Shown one piece after another: positions 47,815-58,231 of a stretch of 64,000 nt of DNA. Position 1 is the first letter of the stretch, and the number at the start of each line of letters is the position of its first letter. A program made the translations under genes and the position numbers. Origin of the DNA: Candidatus Heimdallarchaeota archaeon. GTDB taxonomy: Archaea; Asgardarchaeota; Heimdallarchaeia; Heimdallarchaeales; Heimdallarchaeaceae. The notes beneath the pieces are model-generated. The model had not been told where the DNA came from. It searched no databases and saw only the letters and a program-made list of their open reading frames with translations. Location of the stretch: the NCBI GenBank assembly GCA_030603365.1, contig JAUVXV010000005.1:128001-192000 (forward strand), read 5' to 3'.

Positions 47815-48279
47815 ATGTTAAAAATTGGAACCAAAGCACCTGTTTTCTGTTTACCAGATGAGAATAAAAAAGAAATATGCCTGGAACAATACAAAGGCAA
47901 ATGGATAGTACTTTATTTCTATCCTAAAGACCAAACTCCAGGATGTACAAAAGAAGCCTGCGATTTTTCTGATAACTATAAAGCTTTTACTGATTTGAAT
48001 GCTGTAGTTATAGGTATTAGTGCAGATTCGCCTGAAAGTCATATGAGCTTCAAATCAAAAAGAAAACTATCTATAACACTTCTAAGTGATGAAAAACTCA
48101 AAGTTGTAGAAGACTATGAAGCCAGAACAACTTCAATTCTGGAAAGAATTATTACTAAGGTTAAGAGAGTTACATATCTTATAAATCCCGAAGGAAAAAT
48201 TGCTCAAACTTGGAGCAAAGTCAAGGTTGTTGGTCACACAGAAGATGTTAGAAAAACACTTGTAAATTTGATGAAATAA
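47815..48279 (+). CDS. bcp: Peroxiredoxin BCP/PrxQ (CxxxxC type)
   Basis: YFYPKDQTPGCTKEACDF. GGTGA SD-like site before the ATG. Confidence 0.92.
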   Translation: MLKIGTKAPVFCLPDENKKEICLEQYKGKWIVLYFYPKDQTPGCTKEACDFSDNYKAFTDLNAVVIGISADSPESHMSFKSKRKLSITLLSDEKLKVVEDYEARTTSILERIITKVKRVTYLINPEGKIAQTWSKVKVVGHTEDVRKTLVNLMK

Positions 48280-48291
48280 GGAGGAATACTA

Positions 48292-48852
48292 TTGGAATTT
48301 AATGATGTTATTGAAAAAAGAAGTGCATATCGAGCATTAGACTATGTAGAGATTACAGATGAACTCATTCATAATATTGCTTACACTGCATCAAGATCTG
48401 CTTCTTGTGCTAACAAACAACCCTGGAGATTTGTCTTTGTCAGAAATAAAGAAAAACTTACAGAACTTCATGAAGCTCTTTCTGGTGGTAATTATTGGGC
48501 TAAAGAAGCGTCTATGCTTATCGCAGTTTATAGCAAGAAAGAATTCGATTGTGTGATTGGAGAGAGAGAATACTACCTCTTTGGAACTGGTATGGCTACA
48601 GCGCATTTGATGCTTGCAATCGTAAATCAAGGTCTTGTAGCACATGCAATGGCAGGATTTGATGAAAATTTGGCAAAAGAAATTCTCAAAATACCCGAAG
48701 AAATACGTTTGATAACTCTAATCGCAGTTGGAAAGAAAACTGATGATTTATCGAAACTGGGTGATAAACATAAAGAAGTAGAAATTAAAAGGTCAACTAG
48801 AAAAGAATTCGAGGAATATGCTTCAATTGATGAATATCATTCAGAAGGATAG
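48292..48852 (+). CDS. Nitroreductase family flavoprotein
   Basis: IEKRSAYR, SASCANKQPWRFV, MAGFD, IAVGK. GGAGG upstream of the TTG start. Confidence 0.92.
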   Translation: MEFNDVIEKRSAYRALDYVEITDELIHNIAYTASRSASCANKQPWRFVFVRNKEKLTELHEALSGGNYWAKEASMLIAVYSKKEFDCVIGEREYYLFGTGMATAHLMLAIVNQGLVAHAMAGFDENLAKEILKIPEEIRLITLIAVGKKTDDLSKLGDKHKEVEIKRSTRKEFEEYASIDEYHSEG

Positions 48853-48939
48853 TGTCATTAGATGCATTAAAACTAGGAATACTTCATTCTTAAGGTAAAG
48901 AAGTTTCAAATACTTTTTATAATCCTTTTCATATTTTAA

Positions 48940-49788
48940 TTGAAGATTATGGAAGCATCCGATACTAAGCTAGCTCTAGATGAGATAAAACTCAATTTCA
49001 CTAGAATCTCAAATAATTTACTTAAACAGATACCAATTCTAGCATTCATTGGAACAGTCTTAATGGTAATATTTACTTTATCAAGCCATTTAGTTCTAAA
49101 AGATGAAATTATCAACCATATAACCTTCTTAACTCCCGATATTTATACACTTATTTCTATACTTGGTTTTCAGTTAGCTTCAGCTAATATAAGTTCAGCA
49201 ATGCTGGCATCATTCACCATTATATTTGCAATCGCCTTTCTAGTGGTTTTGGTTATTATTTCTCATCAAATCTATAATATCAGTAAGAATTTTTGGTCAT
49301 TATCAAAAATAGATATAACCCTCAAACAGTCTAGATATGTATACCTCTCAATATATGTTTATATCTTTTTTACATCCATCAGTTATATTTTGCCAAGCTT
49401 TGGTTGGATAATTGCGATTATAATTGCTAACATTGCACTCTTTGTAGGTTTCTTCTACTTTCATCAAATTCTGAAAAAATATGGAATCAGATTACAAATT
49501 TTGAAAGATACCTCTATCTATATGGGAGTAAGTTCAGCTTTTAACATAATTGCATATTGTTTAGTTTTTATTGATATTAGTTTCTTACTTGTTTCAGTCT
49601 TAGGATATTTGTTTTTCTTTTTGGGTTTCAGACGATTCAAAACACAGGTACAATTTATTGCTCCTATTGTTCGAGATGCACCTCCACCACCAACCATTGC
49701 TGCACCTGTAGGACCTGCACCAAGACCGACTATAGGACCCCAAATACAAGAAATTATTGATGATGTACCCTCTCCTAGTGATCAATGA
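48940..49788 (+). CDS. Hypothetical multi-pass membrane protein with proline-rich C-terminal tail
   Basis: About 6 TM. Tail reads DAPPPPTIAAPVGPAPRPTIGPQ. Confidence 0.75.
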   Translation: MKIMEASDTKLALDEIKLNFTRISNNLLKQIPILAFIGTVLMVIFTLSSHLVLKDEIINHITFLTPDIYTLISILGFQLASANISSAMLASFTIIFAIAFLVVLVIISHQIYNISKNFWSLSKIDITLKQSRYVYLSIYVYIFFTSISYILPSFGWIIAIIIANIALFVGFFYFHQILKKYGIRLQILKDTSIYMGVSSAFNIIAYCLVFIDISFLLVSVLGYLFFFLGFRRFKTQVQFIAPIVRDAPPPPTIAAPVGPAPRPTIGPQIQEIIDDVPSPSDQ

Positions 49789-49792
49789 TTAT

Positions 49793-51379
49793 CTATTCAT
49801 TCTTAGAAATCAATTTCTTTTTAGATATTCTCAGTACAACATATGTGATTAGAGCTAGAAAAGTAGTTCCTCCCACTGATAGACCTATTATTAAGCCAAT
49901 TTTAGATTGCTGCAAAGACAAAGTGCCTATTGAATTATATTTATCTGTATCATTCGACAAATGCCCTGCTTCATCTTCTACAACAAGAGTTATCTCTTGA
50001 GCATCTTCATCTATATTTTCTAAAGAGTATCTAATTTTAGTAGGTTGCCAAAAACGAGGAAAAGTTATTTGTTCACTTTCAACAAGTTGACCATCAATTG
50101 TAATATAATATTTACCAGTAAACTCTGTTTTTGCTCTAAAATTATACCATACATCCCACTCAATATAATCTTGAATTTCATCTTTAATGATTTGAGGTTG
50201 TGAAACAATAGGGGCAAAACGAAATCGTTCAGTTTGGTACACACCATGACTTTCTTTTACTGTTCTTGGAAAAGACATTTCCCATACAATATCACCATTC
50301 CGATTTACTTCAACTAGTCTAGCACCATAGTTAGAATTAGGATGTGAATGCGTACCGAATGTACCAAAAAAGTTTCCATTGGGTAGAAGATCACAGTCTC
50401 CCCAGATTTTGCTGAAATAATCTACTGGAGCAATCCATTCCCAGGTAACATAAGCTTCCATTTTGTCTTCATCTATAGTGATTTCCATCAATCTAGATGA
50501 TTGGTTTAGAGCATCTGTTAGGTTATGTTGATCATTATCGAATAGAATGAACGTATTTTCATTTATCATTTCCAAGGCATGAGGATGAAAGAATAGGATA
50601 TCTCGTGATTTCCCGTTTAAGTCAAAAAGAGAAAAATTACCATACTCGCCCAAAGACCATAGTACTTCCTTAGTTTTATGATCAATTTTGTAAAAGGAAT
50701 TAACATTTCTAAGTAGAAAATAAAGATCATCTCCCACTTCATCATAAATTACTGTATTCGTGTGAGTTAAATCTCTATAACCTCCTGTCATCTCACCAAA
50801 AACACACCATTGATCTGCAGAAACTATATTTTCAGTTCGAAAAGACCAAATAAGTTGTTTAGGAATAGTGACTTCCCTCACAGTATCATACAAATAATCC
50901 TCGCCCTCTATTTCCATATAGTAGTTGCTGAGCAAGAAATAGGTATCATTAGCATAGTTCTTTTCAATATCATGATGGCTTCTAAAATTAAGATCCTCAA
51001 TAACATCTGTCTCAATATTCCATAATTTAGCTCCTTCTGCATCAGAATAGAGGATAGTTGTAGAGTTAACGAATTCAGTTGATACATGCAATCCTAACAT
51101 ATCAGTTCCTATTACTTTTTGAAAATAGAAATTCCCTTCTAAGTCAGAAATGATTATGGATTTGTTATAAACGAATTCATCTTTTTCGTTAATTTCTAAA
51201 ATAAATAAATTATAACCTTCAAAATAATCTGGATTTGTTTCTGTTTCAGCTAAAACATCAATAGAAGTTACTATACGTAGATTGTTAAATTTAAGATAGC
51301 AAACAGTTGAAGAATATAGAAGCATAGAAAGTAAAAACAATACTCCCATTTTTGAATATAAATTCTTGAACTTCATCAC
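49793..51379 (-). CDS. Arylsulfotransferase (ASST)-like surface protein, copy 5
   Basis: HHD, THTNTV..R, HPHA, ILFDND, WGDCDLLPNGN, EV..G.IVWE, Ig-like domain, TM anchor. Confidence 0.85.
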   Translation of the reverse strand: MMKFKNLYSKMGVLFLLSMLLYSSTVCYLKFNNLRIVTSIDVLAETETNPDYFEGYNLFILEINEKDEFVYNKSIIISDLEGNFYFQKVIGTDMLGLHVSTEFVNSTTILYSDAEGAKLWNIETDVIEDLNFRSHHDIEKNYANDTYFLLSNYYMEIEGEDYLYDTVREVTIPKQLIWSFRTENIVSADQWCVFGEMTGGYRDLTHTNTVIYDEVGDDLYFLLRNVNSFYKIDHKTKEVLWSLGEYGNFSLFDLNGKSRDILFFHPHALEMINENTFILFDNDQHNLTDALNQSSRLMEITIDEDKMEAYVTWEWIAPVDYFSKIWGDCDLLPNGNFFGTFGTHSHPNSNYGARLVEVNRNGDIVWEMSFPRTVKESHGVYQTERFRFAPIVSQPQIIKDEIQDYIEWDVWYNFRAKTEFTGKYYITIDGQLVESEQITFPRFWQPTKIRYSLENIDEDAQEITLVVEDEAGHLSNDTDKYNSIGTLSLQQSKIGLIIGLSVGGTTFLALITYVVLRISKKKLISKNE

Positions 51380-51412
51380 AGAACACCTTGACTTATTTTT
51401 CTTCTTAAGTTG

Positions 51413-53014
51413 TCATAATTTCTTTTGTTTTCTCTTTCTTTTGATTTTTTGAGCATTTAAAATCAAAGTCACAAGTATAAAAGAAAAAGAAATAATATAG
51501 ACAGATTCTGAATGCATTTCGTTTATCAAGCTAATAGATATAAAACCTATTGGTGAATATCTATCGCTTTCATTGGATTTGTGCCCTGCTTCATCTTCCA
51601 CAACAAGAACAATATCGTGATTCTGAATGCTATCATAATCTGTGTAGTATCTTATCTTTTCCGATTGCCAGTATTTAGGAAAAGTAATAAGTTCCTCTTC
51701 AACCGTATCTCCATCCACACTTATGAAATAATTGCCAATAAATTCGGTTTTAGCACGAAAGTTGTACCAGACACTCCATTCTAAATATCCCGAACCTCCT
51801 CCTTCATCTATAAAGACCGGTTCAGATACAATTGGTGAGAAGTGAATTCTTTCTATTTTATATACACCAAAAGTATATGAGTCTTGCTCTGGAAATGTCA
51901 TCTCCCATGCAATATTCCCATCATAAGTGACTTCTACCAAACGTGCACCCAATCCTGTATTTGGATGTCTGTGAGTACCAAAAACACCTAGCCTATTGTT
52001 ATTGGGTAGAACATCACAATCTCCCCATACGTCACTATAATATTCAATTGGTGAATTCCACTCCCATGTAACATTTGCTTGCATCTTATCTTCATCTATA
52101 ACAATCTCAAGCAATCTTGACTGCTTATTATCAGCGTTAGTCTGGTTATGATAATCATTGTCAAATAAAACGAATGTATTATCATCTATTTTTTCAACTG
52201 CATGAGCATGATAGAACAAAACATCTTGTTGTTGTCCATTGATATCATAATTAGTGAAGTTTCCATATTCACCCAATCCCCATTTTACCTCTTTAGTTGG
52301 AATGTCAATTTTATAGAAAGTATTCACATTTCTTACATTAACATATAGAGAATCATCCTCTTCATCATAAAAGAGTGTATTAGCATGAGAATTGTCTCTT
52401 AAATCTCCTATCATATCTTCATACGGGCACCATTGATTTTCATTCAAGAAATCTCGAGTTGATATGCTCCATATTCTAACACCCTCTTCAGTGTTCTCTT
52501 GAATGAAATCATATATGTATTTATTGTCACCAATAGTTATAGAATAACCAAACACTGAGAAATAAGTGTTTCTTACGTGATTTTTTTCATAATCGTGATG
52601 CCCATCAACATTCAGTTCTTGTGTAACATTAGTTTCTATATTCCACAAATTTGCACCATTATCATCACCGTACAAGATTGTGGTAGAATTGATGAATTCA
52701 GCTGGATAATCAACAAACACACTAGATGTTGCTAGTTGTCTTTCAAAGTAGATATTCCCATCCATGTCAGTAATAAGAAGTGTTCTATTCACAATTTTCC
52801 AGGTATTACTATCCCTTTTCTCAATAGCAAAAAGATTATACCCATCAAATCTTTTCTCTACATCATTTTCTTCAAGATTAGCTTCAAAAAAATAATCACA
52901 TGCTTGAACTCTATAATCGAAACTTGTTGAGGTTACACTCAAGTTTAGAATTATTAAAACTAAAATTAACAATCCTTTAAATTTCGAATGTAAATTGACA
53001 TGCAAGCTAACCAT
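51413..53014 (-). CDS. Arylsulfotransferase (ASST)-like surface protein, copy 4
   Basis: HHD, SHANTL..R, HAHA, LFDND, WGDCD, TM anchor. Confidence 0.85.
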   Translation of the reverse strand: MVSLHVNLHSKFKGLLILVLIILNLSVTSTSFDYRVQACDYFFEANLEENDVEKRFDGYNLFAIEKRDSNTWKIVNRTLLITDMDGNIYFERQLATSSVFVDYPAEFINSTTILYGDDNGANLWNIETNVTQELNVDGHHDYEKNHVRNTYFSVFGYSITIGDNKYIYDFIQENTEEGVRIWSISTRDFLNENQWCPYEDMIGDLRDNSHANTLFYDEEDDSLYVNVRNVNTFYKIDIPTKEVKWGLGEYGNFTNYDINGQQQDVLFYHAHAVEKIDDNTFVLFDNDYHNQTNADNKQSRLLEIVIDEDKMQANVTWEWNSPIEYYSDVWGDCDVLPNNNRLGVFGTHRHPNTGLGARLVEVTYDGNIAWEMTFPEQDSYTFGVYKIERIHFSPIVSEPVFIDEGGGSGYLEWSVWYNFRAKTEFIGNYFISVDGDTVEEELITFPKYWQSEKIRYYTDYDSIQNHDIVLVVEDEAGHKSNESDRYSPIGFISISLINEMHSESVYIISFSFILVTLILNAQKIKRKRKQKKL

Positions 53015-53046
53015 TAATATTTCAACTCAAGATACTCTTTTATTTC

Positions 53047-54663
53047 TTACGCATCATTTCTCCTTCTAATGAAATTGAATAAATCCTTGTTTCTAATTAA
53101 TAAAATAATGACTGTTACACCTAGGAAAGATGCAGCACCTATGAAGACATTTTGATAAACATTCATTCTCCAGTTTACTTGAAAGAGAATCGAACCAGCA
53201 TAATTATCAATGTTGTTTTCATTGGAAAGATGCCCTCCTTCGTCAGCAACAACCAGTGTAATGTTATGTTCTCCTTCTGGTAAATCATTCAAATAATATT
53301 GTATACTACTTTTTCTCCAGTATCTTTGAAAAACAATATCTCCATTCTCTTTCAGTTGATTGTCAACATAGATAAAATATTCACCACTGAAATTGTTTTT
53401 TGATTTAAAGTTATACCATACATCCCATTCAGCATAACCATTTTCACTCTCTAATTGGTAAAATTGAGGAGTAGAAACAATAGGGGTGAAATGAAATCGT
53501 TCCATTCTATAAATCCCAAATGCAACATCATTGACTTTGTCATAAGACTTTTCCCATGCTATCTGTCCTTCCTTAGTTATTTCAACTATACGTGCACCTA
53601 AGCTAGTACCTGGATGAAGGGTTGTTCCAAAAACTCCCAGATAATTACCGTTAGTGAGAGGATCACAATCTCCCCAAATAATGCTATAATAATCACTAGG
53701 TGCCACCCATTCCCAGGAAACATTTGCATACATCTTATCTTCATCAACAGTAATTTCCACAAGTCTAGAACGTTGATTATTTGCATCTGTTTGATTGTGC
53801 AAGTCATTATCAAATATGAGATATTTGTTATCATCAATTTTTTCTATTGAATGTGCATGAAAAAAAAGATTTTCTTTTTGATTCCCTCGAAGATCAAATA
53901 ATGTGAAATCTCCTAATTCTCCTAATCCCCAAATTACATCTCCAGTCTTATAATCGATTTTATAGAAAGTATTAACATTCCGAACATTAACATAAACTGC
54001 TGTTTCTTCCTCATCATAGAATACTGTGTTAGCATGAGTTACATCTCTTACTTCTCCTGTCTTATCATGGAATGGACACCAATCATATTCTTTGATAAAA
54101 TCATATAGATCTTTAGTCCACAACACTTGTCCATTTGAATCATATTCTACTACATAATCAAATCTATAGTCAAAACCACCTATATTTCTGCTGTATAATG
54201 TTAAGGAATAGTACGAATCATTATCATAATTTTTCTCGAAATCATGATGACCAGAGATGTTAAGAAATTGATTAACATCTGTTTGAAGATTCCAAAGATG
54301 CGCACCATCTGGTTCGCCATAAAGGAGTGTAGTTGAGTTAACAAATTCAGCTGAACAGTCCGCCAAGGGGACGTAAGGATTTATTTTTTTCATAAAAAGT
54401 ACTTTTCCATCTAAGTCTTCAATGATAAGAGTACGATTGATAATATTGAAACTTGTTTGATTGACACTGTCTAAAACAAAGAGATTATAATTAGGTCCGC
54501 TTGTACTTGGAATACTATTTGCAGAAACTTCATAACTTACCTGTCTATCAAATGAGACTGTTTGTTGAGGAAATCCTTGAGAGAAAAATAATATGAAAAA
54601 GAGAATCAAACATCTGTTTTTCTTACTAAGAAACTGTTTCATAGCAGAGGATTCCACAGACAT
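53047..54663 (-). CDS. Arylsulfotransferase (ASST)-like surface protein, copy 3
   Basis: HHD, THANTV..R, HAHS, IFDND, WGDCD, TM anchor. Confidence 0.85.
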   Translation of the reverse strand: MSVESSAMKQFLSKKNRCLILFFILFFSQGFPQQTVSFDRQVSYEVSANSIPSTSGPNYNLFVLDSVNQTSFNIINRTLIIEDLDGKVLFMKKINPYVPLADCSAEFVNSTTLLYGEPDGAHLWNLQTDVNQFLNISGHHDFEKNYDNDSYYSLTLYSRNIGGFDYRFDYVVEYDSNGQVLWTKDLYDFIKEYDWCPFHDKTGEVRDVTHANTVFYDEEETAVYVNVRNVNTFYKIDYKTGDVIWGLGELGDFTLFDLRGNQKENLFFHAHSIEKIDDNKYLIFDNDLHNQTDANNQRSRLVEITVDEDKMYANVSWEWVAPSDYYSIIWGDCDPLTNGNYLGVFGTTLHPGTSLGARIVEITKEGQIAWEKSYDKVNDVAFGIYRMERFHFTPIVSTPQFYQLESENGYAEWDVWYNFKSKNNFSGEYFIYVDNQLKENGDIVFQRYWRKSSIQYYLNDLPEGEHNITLVVADEGGHLSNENNIDNYAGSILFQVNWRMNVYQNVFIGAASFLGVTVIILLIRNKDLFNFIRRRNDA

Positions 54664-54723
54664 TATAAGTGTAATAAATGCATGTAGTTTTTATTTCTTC
54701 TGTAAGCGATAGAGTACTAGTTG

Positions 54724-56343
54724 TTACACTTTTCTCTTAAATATAGGTTTCTTGAAAATTTTAATTCTTACAAAAATAAATGAACAAATTAAGATTAGAG
54801 AACCCAATCCTACTGAGAGACCTATAATTAGTTCGATTCTTTTTGAAATTTTGAAAGTAAGTATTCCAGTTGAGCTATATCTATCTGATTCGTTAGAGAG
54901 ATGACCAGCCTCATCAGCTACAACTAATTCAATTTCATGCTCACCTGTTAGTGATTCATTGACATAAAATTTGATTTGTGTAGCTTGCCAATATTTTGGA
55001 AAATTAACATCACCAGTTTCAACCAAATTACCATCTATGGAAATATAATATTTACCCTGGAATATTGTTTTTGATCTAAAATTATACCAAACATCCCATT
55101 CAAATAAACTCCCGTTATCTCCTAGGTCGTTAAAACGTGGGGTTGACACTATTGGAGCAAAATGAAAACGTTCCATTTTATATACTCCAAAACACTCAGT
55201 TCCTTCTTTATCAAAGAACATTTCCCATACAATATCTCCTTCATAGTTTACTTCAACAAGTCTTGCACCTATACTAGTTTTGGGATGCCAAGGTGTACCA
55301 AATACAGCTAATCTGTTGTTATTGGGAAGAACATCACAATCCCCCCACCATCCAGTATAATATTCTTCAGATCCAATCCACTGCCATGTAACGTTGGCTT
55401 GCATCTTATCTTCATCAATCTTGAATTCAAGCATTCTAGATTGATGATTCATATTATCAGTTTGATTATGCTCATCATTGTCAAATAGAATAAATGAATC
55501 CTCACTGATTTTCTCGACAGCATGAGCATGATAAAACATTATATCAATTTCTTTTCCATTAATATCAAATAGCTTAAAATTTCCATATTCTCCTAATGCC
55601 CAAAGGACATCCTGAGTCTTGTGATCAATCTTATAAATCGTATTAAGGGTTCTGCAGCATATATAGATTACATCTTCATCCTCATCATAGAAAACTGTGT
55701 TAGTATGTGTAATATCTCGATAATTTTCAACCATATCTTCATAGGGACACCATTGAGATTGATTTGTAAAACTTCTGGTATCCAGTTCCCAGATTAATGT
55801 TCCATCTTGTAAGTATTCTCTAACCTTATCAAAAAGATACAAAGTGCCGTCAATATCTACAGTATATTTACTAATAGCAAAATATGTGTCATTTGCATAA
55901 TTTCTTTCGTAATCATGGTGACCATATATGTTTAAATCCTGTGTAACGTTAGTTTCTAAATTCCAGAGTTTTGCACTTACGTGATCACCTTGTAAAATAG
56001 TAGTGGAATTAATAAATTCAACTCCAAAGAAATCTAAATTTGCTTCCTTTCCATATTCTTTTTTGAAGTAAATATTGCCTTCCAGATCTGTTATAAGAAA
56101 AGTACGATTTATTGGTATTAATCCTTCAGCATCACATTTCTCTAGAACAAAGAGATTATACCCTTCAAATCTTTGATTAGGTTCTGCGCTACTCATCACA
56201 AATTCTCTTTCTAGAACTTCAGATGAGGTATTTAACGCTGGTAAAAATAAGAAAGATAATGTAAGAGAAAAACACAATAAAAATAACATTTTTCTCTTAA
56301 ACACACGTACAAATTTAAATCTGAAATAAACAAGCATTAGCAA
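54724..56343 (-). CDS. Arylsulfotransferase (ASST)-like surface protein, copy 2
   Basis: HHD, THTNTV..R, HAHA, LFDND, WGDCD, TM anchor. Start uncertain. Confidence 0.85.
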   Translation of the reverse strand: MLMLVYFRFKFVRVFKRKMLFLLCFSLTLSFLFLPALNTSSEVLEREFVMSSAEPNQRFEGYNLFVLEKCDAEGLIPINRTFLITDLEGNIYFKKEYGKEANLDFFGVEFINSTTILQGDHVSAKLWNLETNVTQDLNIYGHHDYERNYANDTYFAISKYTVDIDGTLYLFDKVREYLQDGTLIWELDTRSFTNQSQWCPYEDMVENYRDITHTNTVFYDEDEDVIYICCRTLNTIYKIDHKTQDVLWALGEYGNFKLFDINGKEIDIMFYHAHAVEKISEDSFILFDNDEHNQTDNMNHQSRMLEFKIDEDKMQANVTWQWIGSEEYYTGWWGDCDVLPNNNRLAVFGTPWHPKTSIGARLVEVNYEGDIVWEMFFDKEGTECFGVYKMERFHFAPIVSTPRFNDLGDNGSLFEWDVWYNFRSKTIFQGKYYISIDGNLVETGDVNFPKYWQATQIKFYVNESLTGEHEIELVVADEAGHLSNESDRYSSTGILTFKISKRIELIIGLSVGLGSLILICSFIFVRIKIFKKPIFKRKV

Positions 56344-56397
56344 TATTAAGACTTGATGGCTTTTTATTTTTTCTATATTTATTTAACAAGCTAATAG

Positions 56398-58017
56398 TCA
56401 TTTCTTCTTCTTGAATAATGGTTTTTTGGCGAAAAATCTAAACCAGATGAAAATAGTCGTTCCAATGAATATTGGTACTCCCAATCCCACTGATAGACCA
56501 ATAACAAGTCCTGTTCTTCTAACTACTCTGAAAGAGATTGAACCAGTAGAACTATACAAATCTGTTTCATTTGAAAGATGACCGCCCTCATCAGCAACTA
56601 CCAGGACAATTTCATGCTCTCCTAATTCTGTTTCAGAGATATTGTATCTTATCTTTGAATCTTGCCAATATCTTGGGAAATTCATATTTCCACTTTCTAC
56701 GAGCTCATCATCTATTGTAATAAAATACTCTCCTTGAAAGATTGTTTTTGACCTGAAATTATACCATACATCCCATTCTAGATAACTATCATTAACCCCA
56801 TAATCATGAAAAGTTGGAGTAGATACTATTGGTGAAAATCGAAAACGTTCCATTTGATATACTCCAAAAACCTCTGATCCAACCTTTGGAAAAGAGTATT
56901 CCCAAACAATATCTCCATCAATATTCACTTCAACTAAACGTGCCCCCAGATCCGTATTTGGGTGACCTGTAACTCCAAAGACTCCTAACCGATTATTATT
57001 CGCCAATATATCACAATCTCCCCACCAACCACTAAAATATTCTTGTGGAGATATCCATTCCCACGAAACATTAGCAAACATTTTATCTTCATCTATAGTG
57101 ATTTCTAAGAGCCTAGAATGAAAATTAGTTACATTGGTTTGGTTATGTTCATCATTGTCAAACATAATGAATTTATTGTGATCAATTTGTTCTAAAGAAT
57201 GAGTATGATAGAATAGTATTTCTTTTTCATTTCCTCTTAGGTCAAATAGTGTAAAATTCCCATACTCTCCAAGTCCCCAAATAAGCTCTCCTGTCTTATG
57301 ATCAATTTTATGGAAAGTGTTTAAATTTCGAGAATTAAGATAAATTACATCCTCTTCTTCATCATAGAAAACAGTATTCGAGTGAGTAACATCTCTATAT
57401 TTTCCCTCCATATCTCCGTATGGACACCATTGAGTATAATCAACAAAACTTGAAGAATTGACATGCCAAACTTCATTACCCTCTAGATCATATTCAATTA
57501 TTCTGTCAAATAAGTATTCAACACCTTCCTCTTCAACCACTTCTCCAACAAGACTGAAATATGTGTTATTAGCATAGTTTCTCTCATAATCATGATGACC
57601 TGAAAAATTGAGAAATTGAGTTACATCAGTTTCTAGATTCCAGAGATATGCACCATCAATATCACCATAGATGATTGTAGTTGAATTAATGAACTCTGTT
57701 GCAAAGTTTGCTAGAGCTCCTTCTTTATACAGTTCTTTTTCAAAGTAAATATTACCCTCTAAGTCAGTTATAATTAGTGTGCGATTAATGCTTGCCCAAG
57801 AAACAACATCATGCCTTTCAACGACAAAGAGATTATATCCCTCCATTCTCCCAATATTATCGTCTTCATCCAAAATCATTGCCTCTATTGAGTAGGCACC
57901 CCCTACGGTTGTACTAAGAAAAAATCCTGGAACAGCTATAAGGCTCAAGATCAGAATGTGTAGAATGAGCGTCAAATGAAAGATAGTAAGCATTCTTTTG
58001 AATGAGCAGATATGCAT
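56398..58017 (-). CDS. Arylsulfotransferase (ASST)-like surface protein, copy 1
   Basis: HHD, THSNTV..R, HTHS, MFDND, WGDCD, TM anchor. Confidence 0.85.
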   Translation of the reverse strand: MHICSFKRMLTIFHLTLILHILILSLIAVPGFFLSTTVGGAYSIEAMILDEDDNIGRMEGYNLFVVERHDVVSWASINRTLIITDLEGNIYFEKELYKEGALANFATEFINSTTIIYGDIDGAYLWNLETDVTQFLNFSGHHDYERNYANNTYFSLVGEVVEEEGVEYLFDRIIEYDLEGNEVWHVNSSSFVDYTQWCPYGDMEGKYRDVTHSNTVFYDEEEDVIYLNSRNLNTFHKIDHKTGELIWGLGEYGNFTLFDLRGNEKEILFYHTHSLEQIDHNKFIMFDNDEHNQTNVTNFHSRLLEITIDEDKMFANVSWEWISPQEYFSGWWGDCDILANNNRLGVFGVTGHPNTDLGARLVEVNIDGDIVWEYSFPKVGSEVFGVYQMERFRFSPIVSTPTFHDYGVNDSYLEWDVWYNFRSKTIFQGEYFITIDDELVESGNMNFPRYWQDSKIRYNISETELGEHEIVLVVADEGGHLSNETDLYSSTGSISFRVVRRTGLVIGLSVGLGVPIFIGTTIFIWFRFFAKKPLFKKKK

Positions 58018-58231
58018 CAGAAAGGAAAAGTAAAATTCAGTATAAGATTTTTGTTATTTAGTCTCATAAAGTATTATTCTTTAGTCTTGATTTTCACTGT
58101 CTTTCTTGGAATGTCATTAGTAAACTATGACCTAATACTAGTAATAATATTCCATAATTGAAAACTTAAACTGACAATAGTGTTTCATAGATAGAATTTA
58201 AAAACAGTCACTGCTTCTATTCTCTTCAGAG

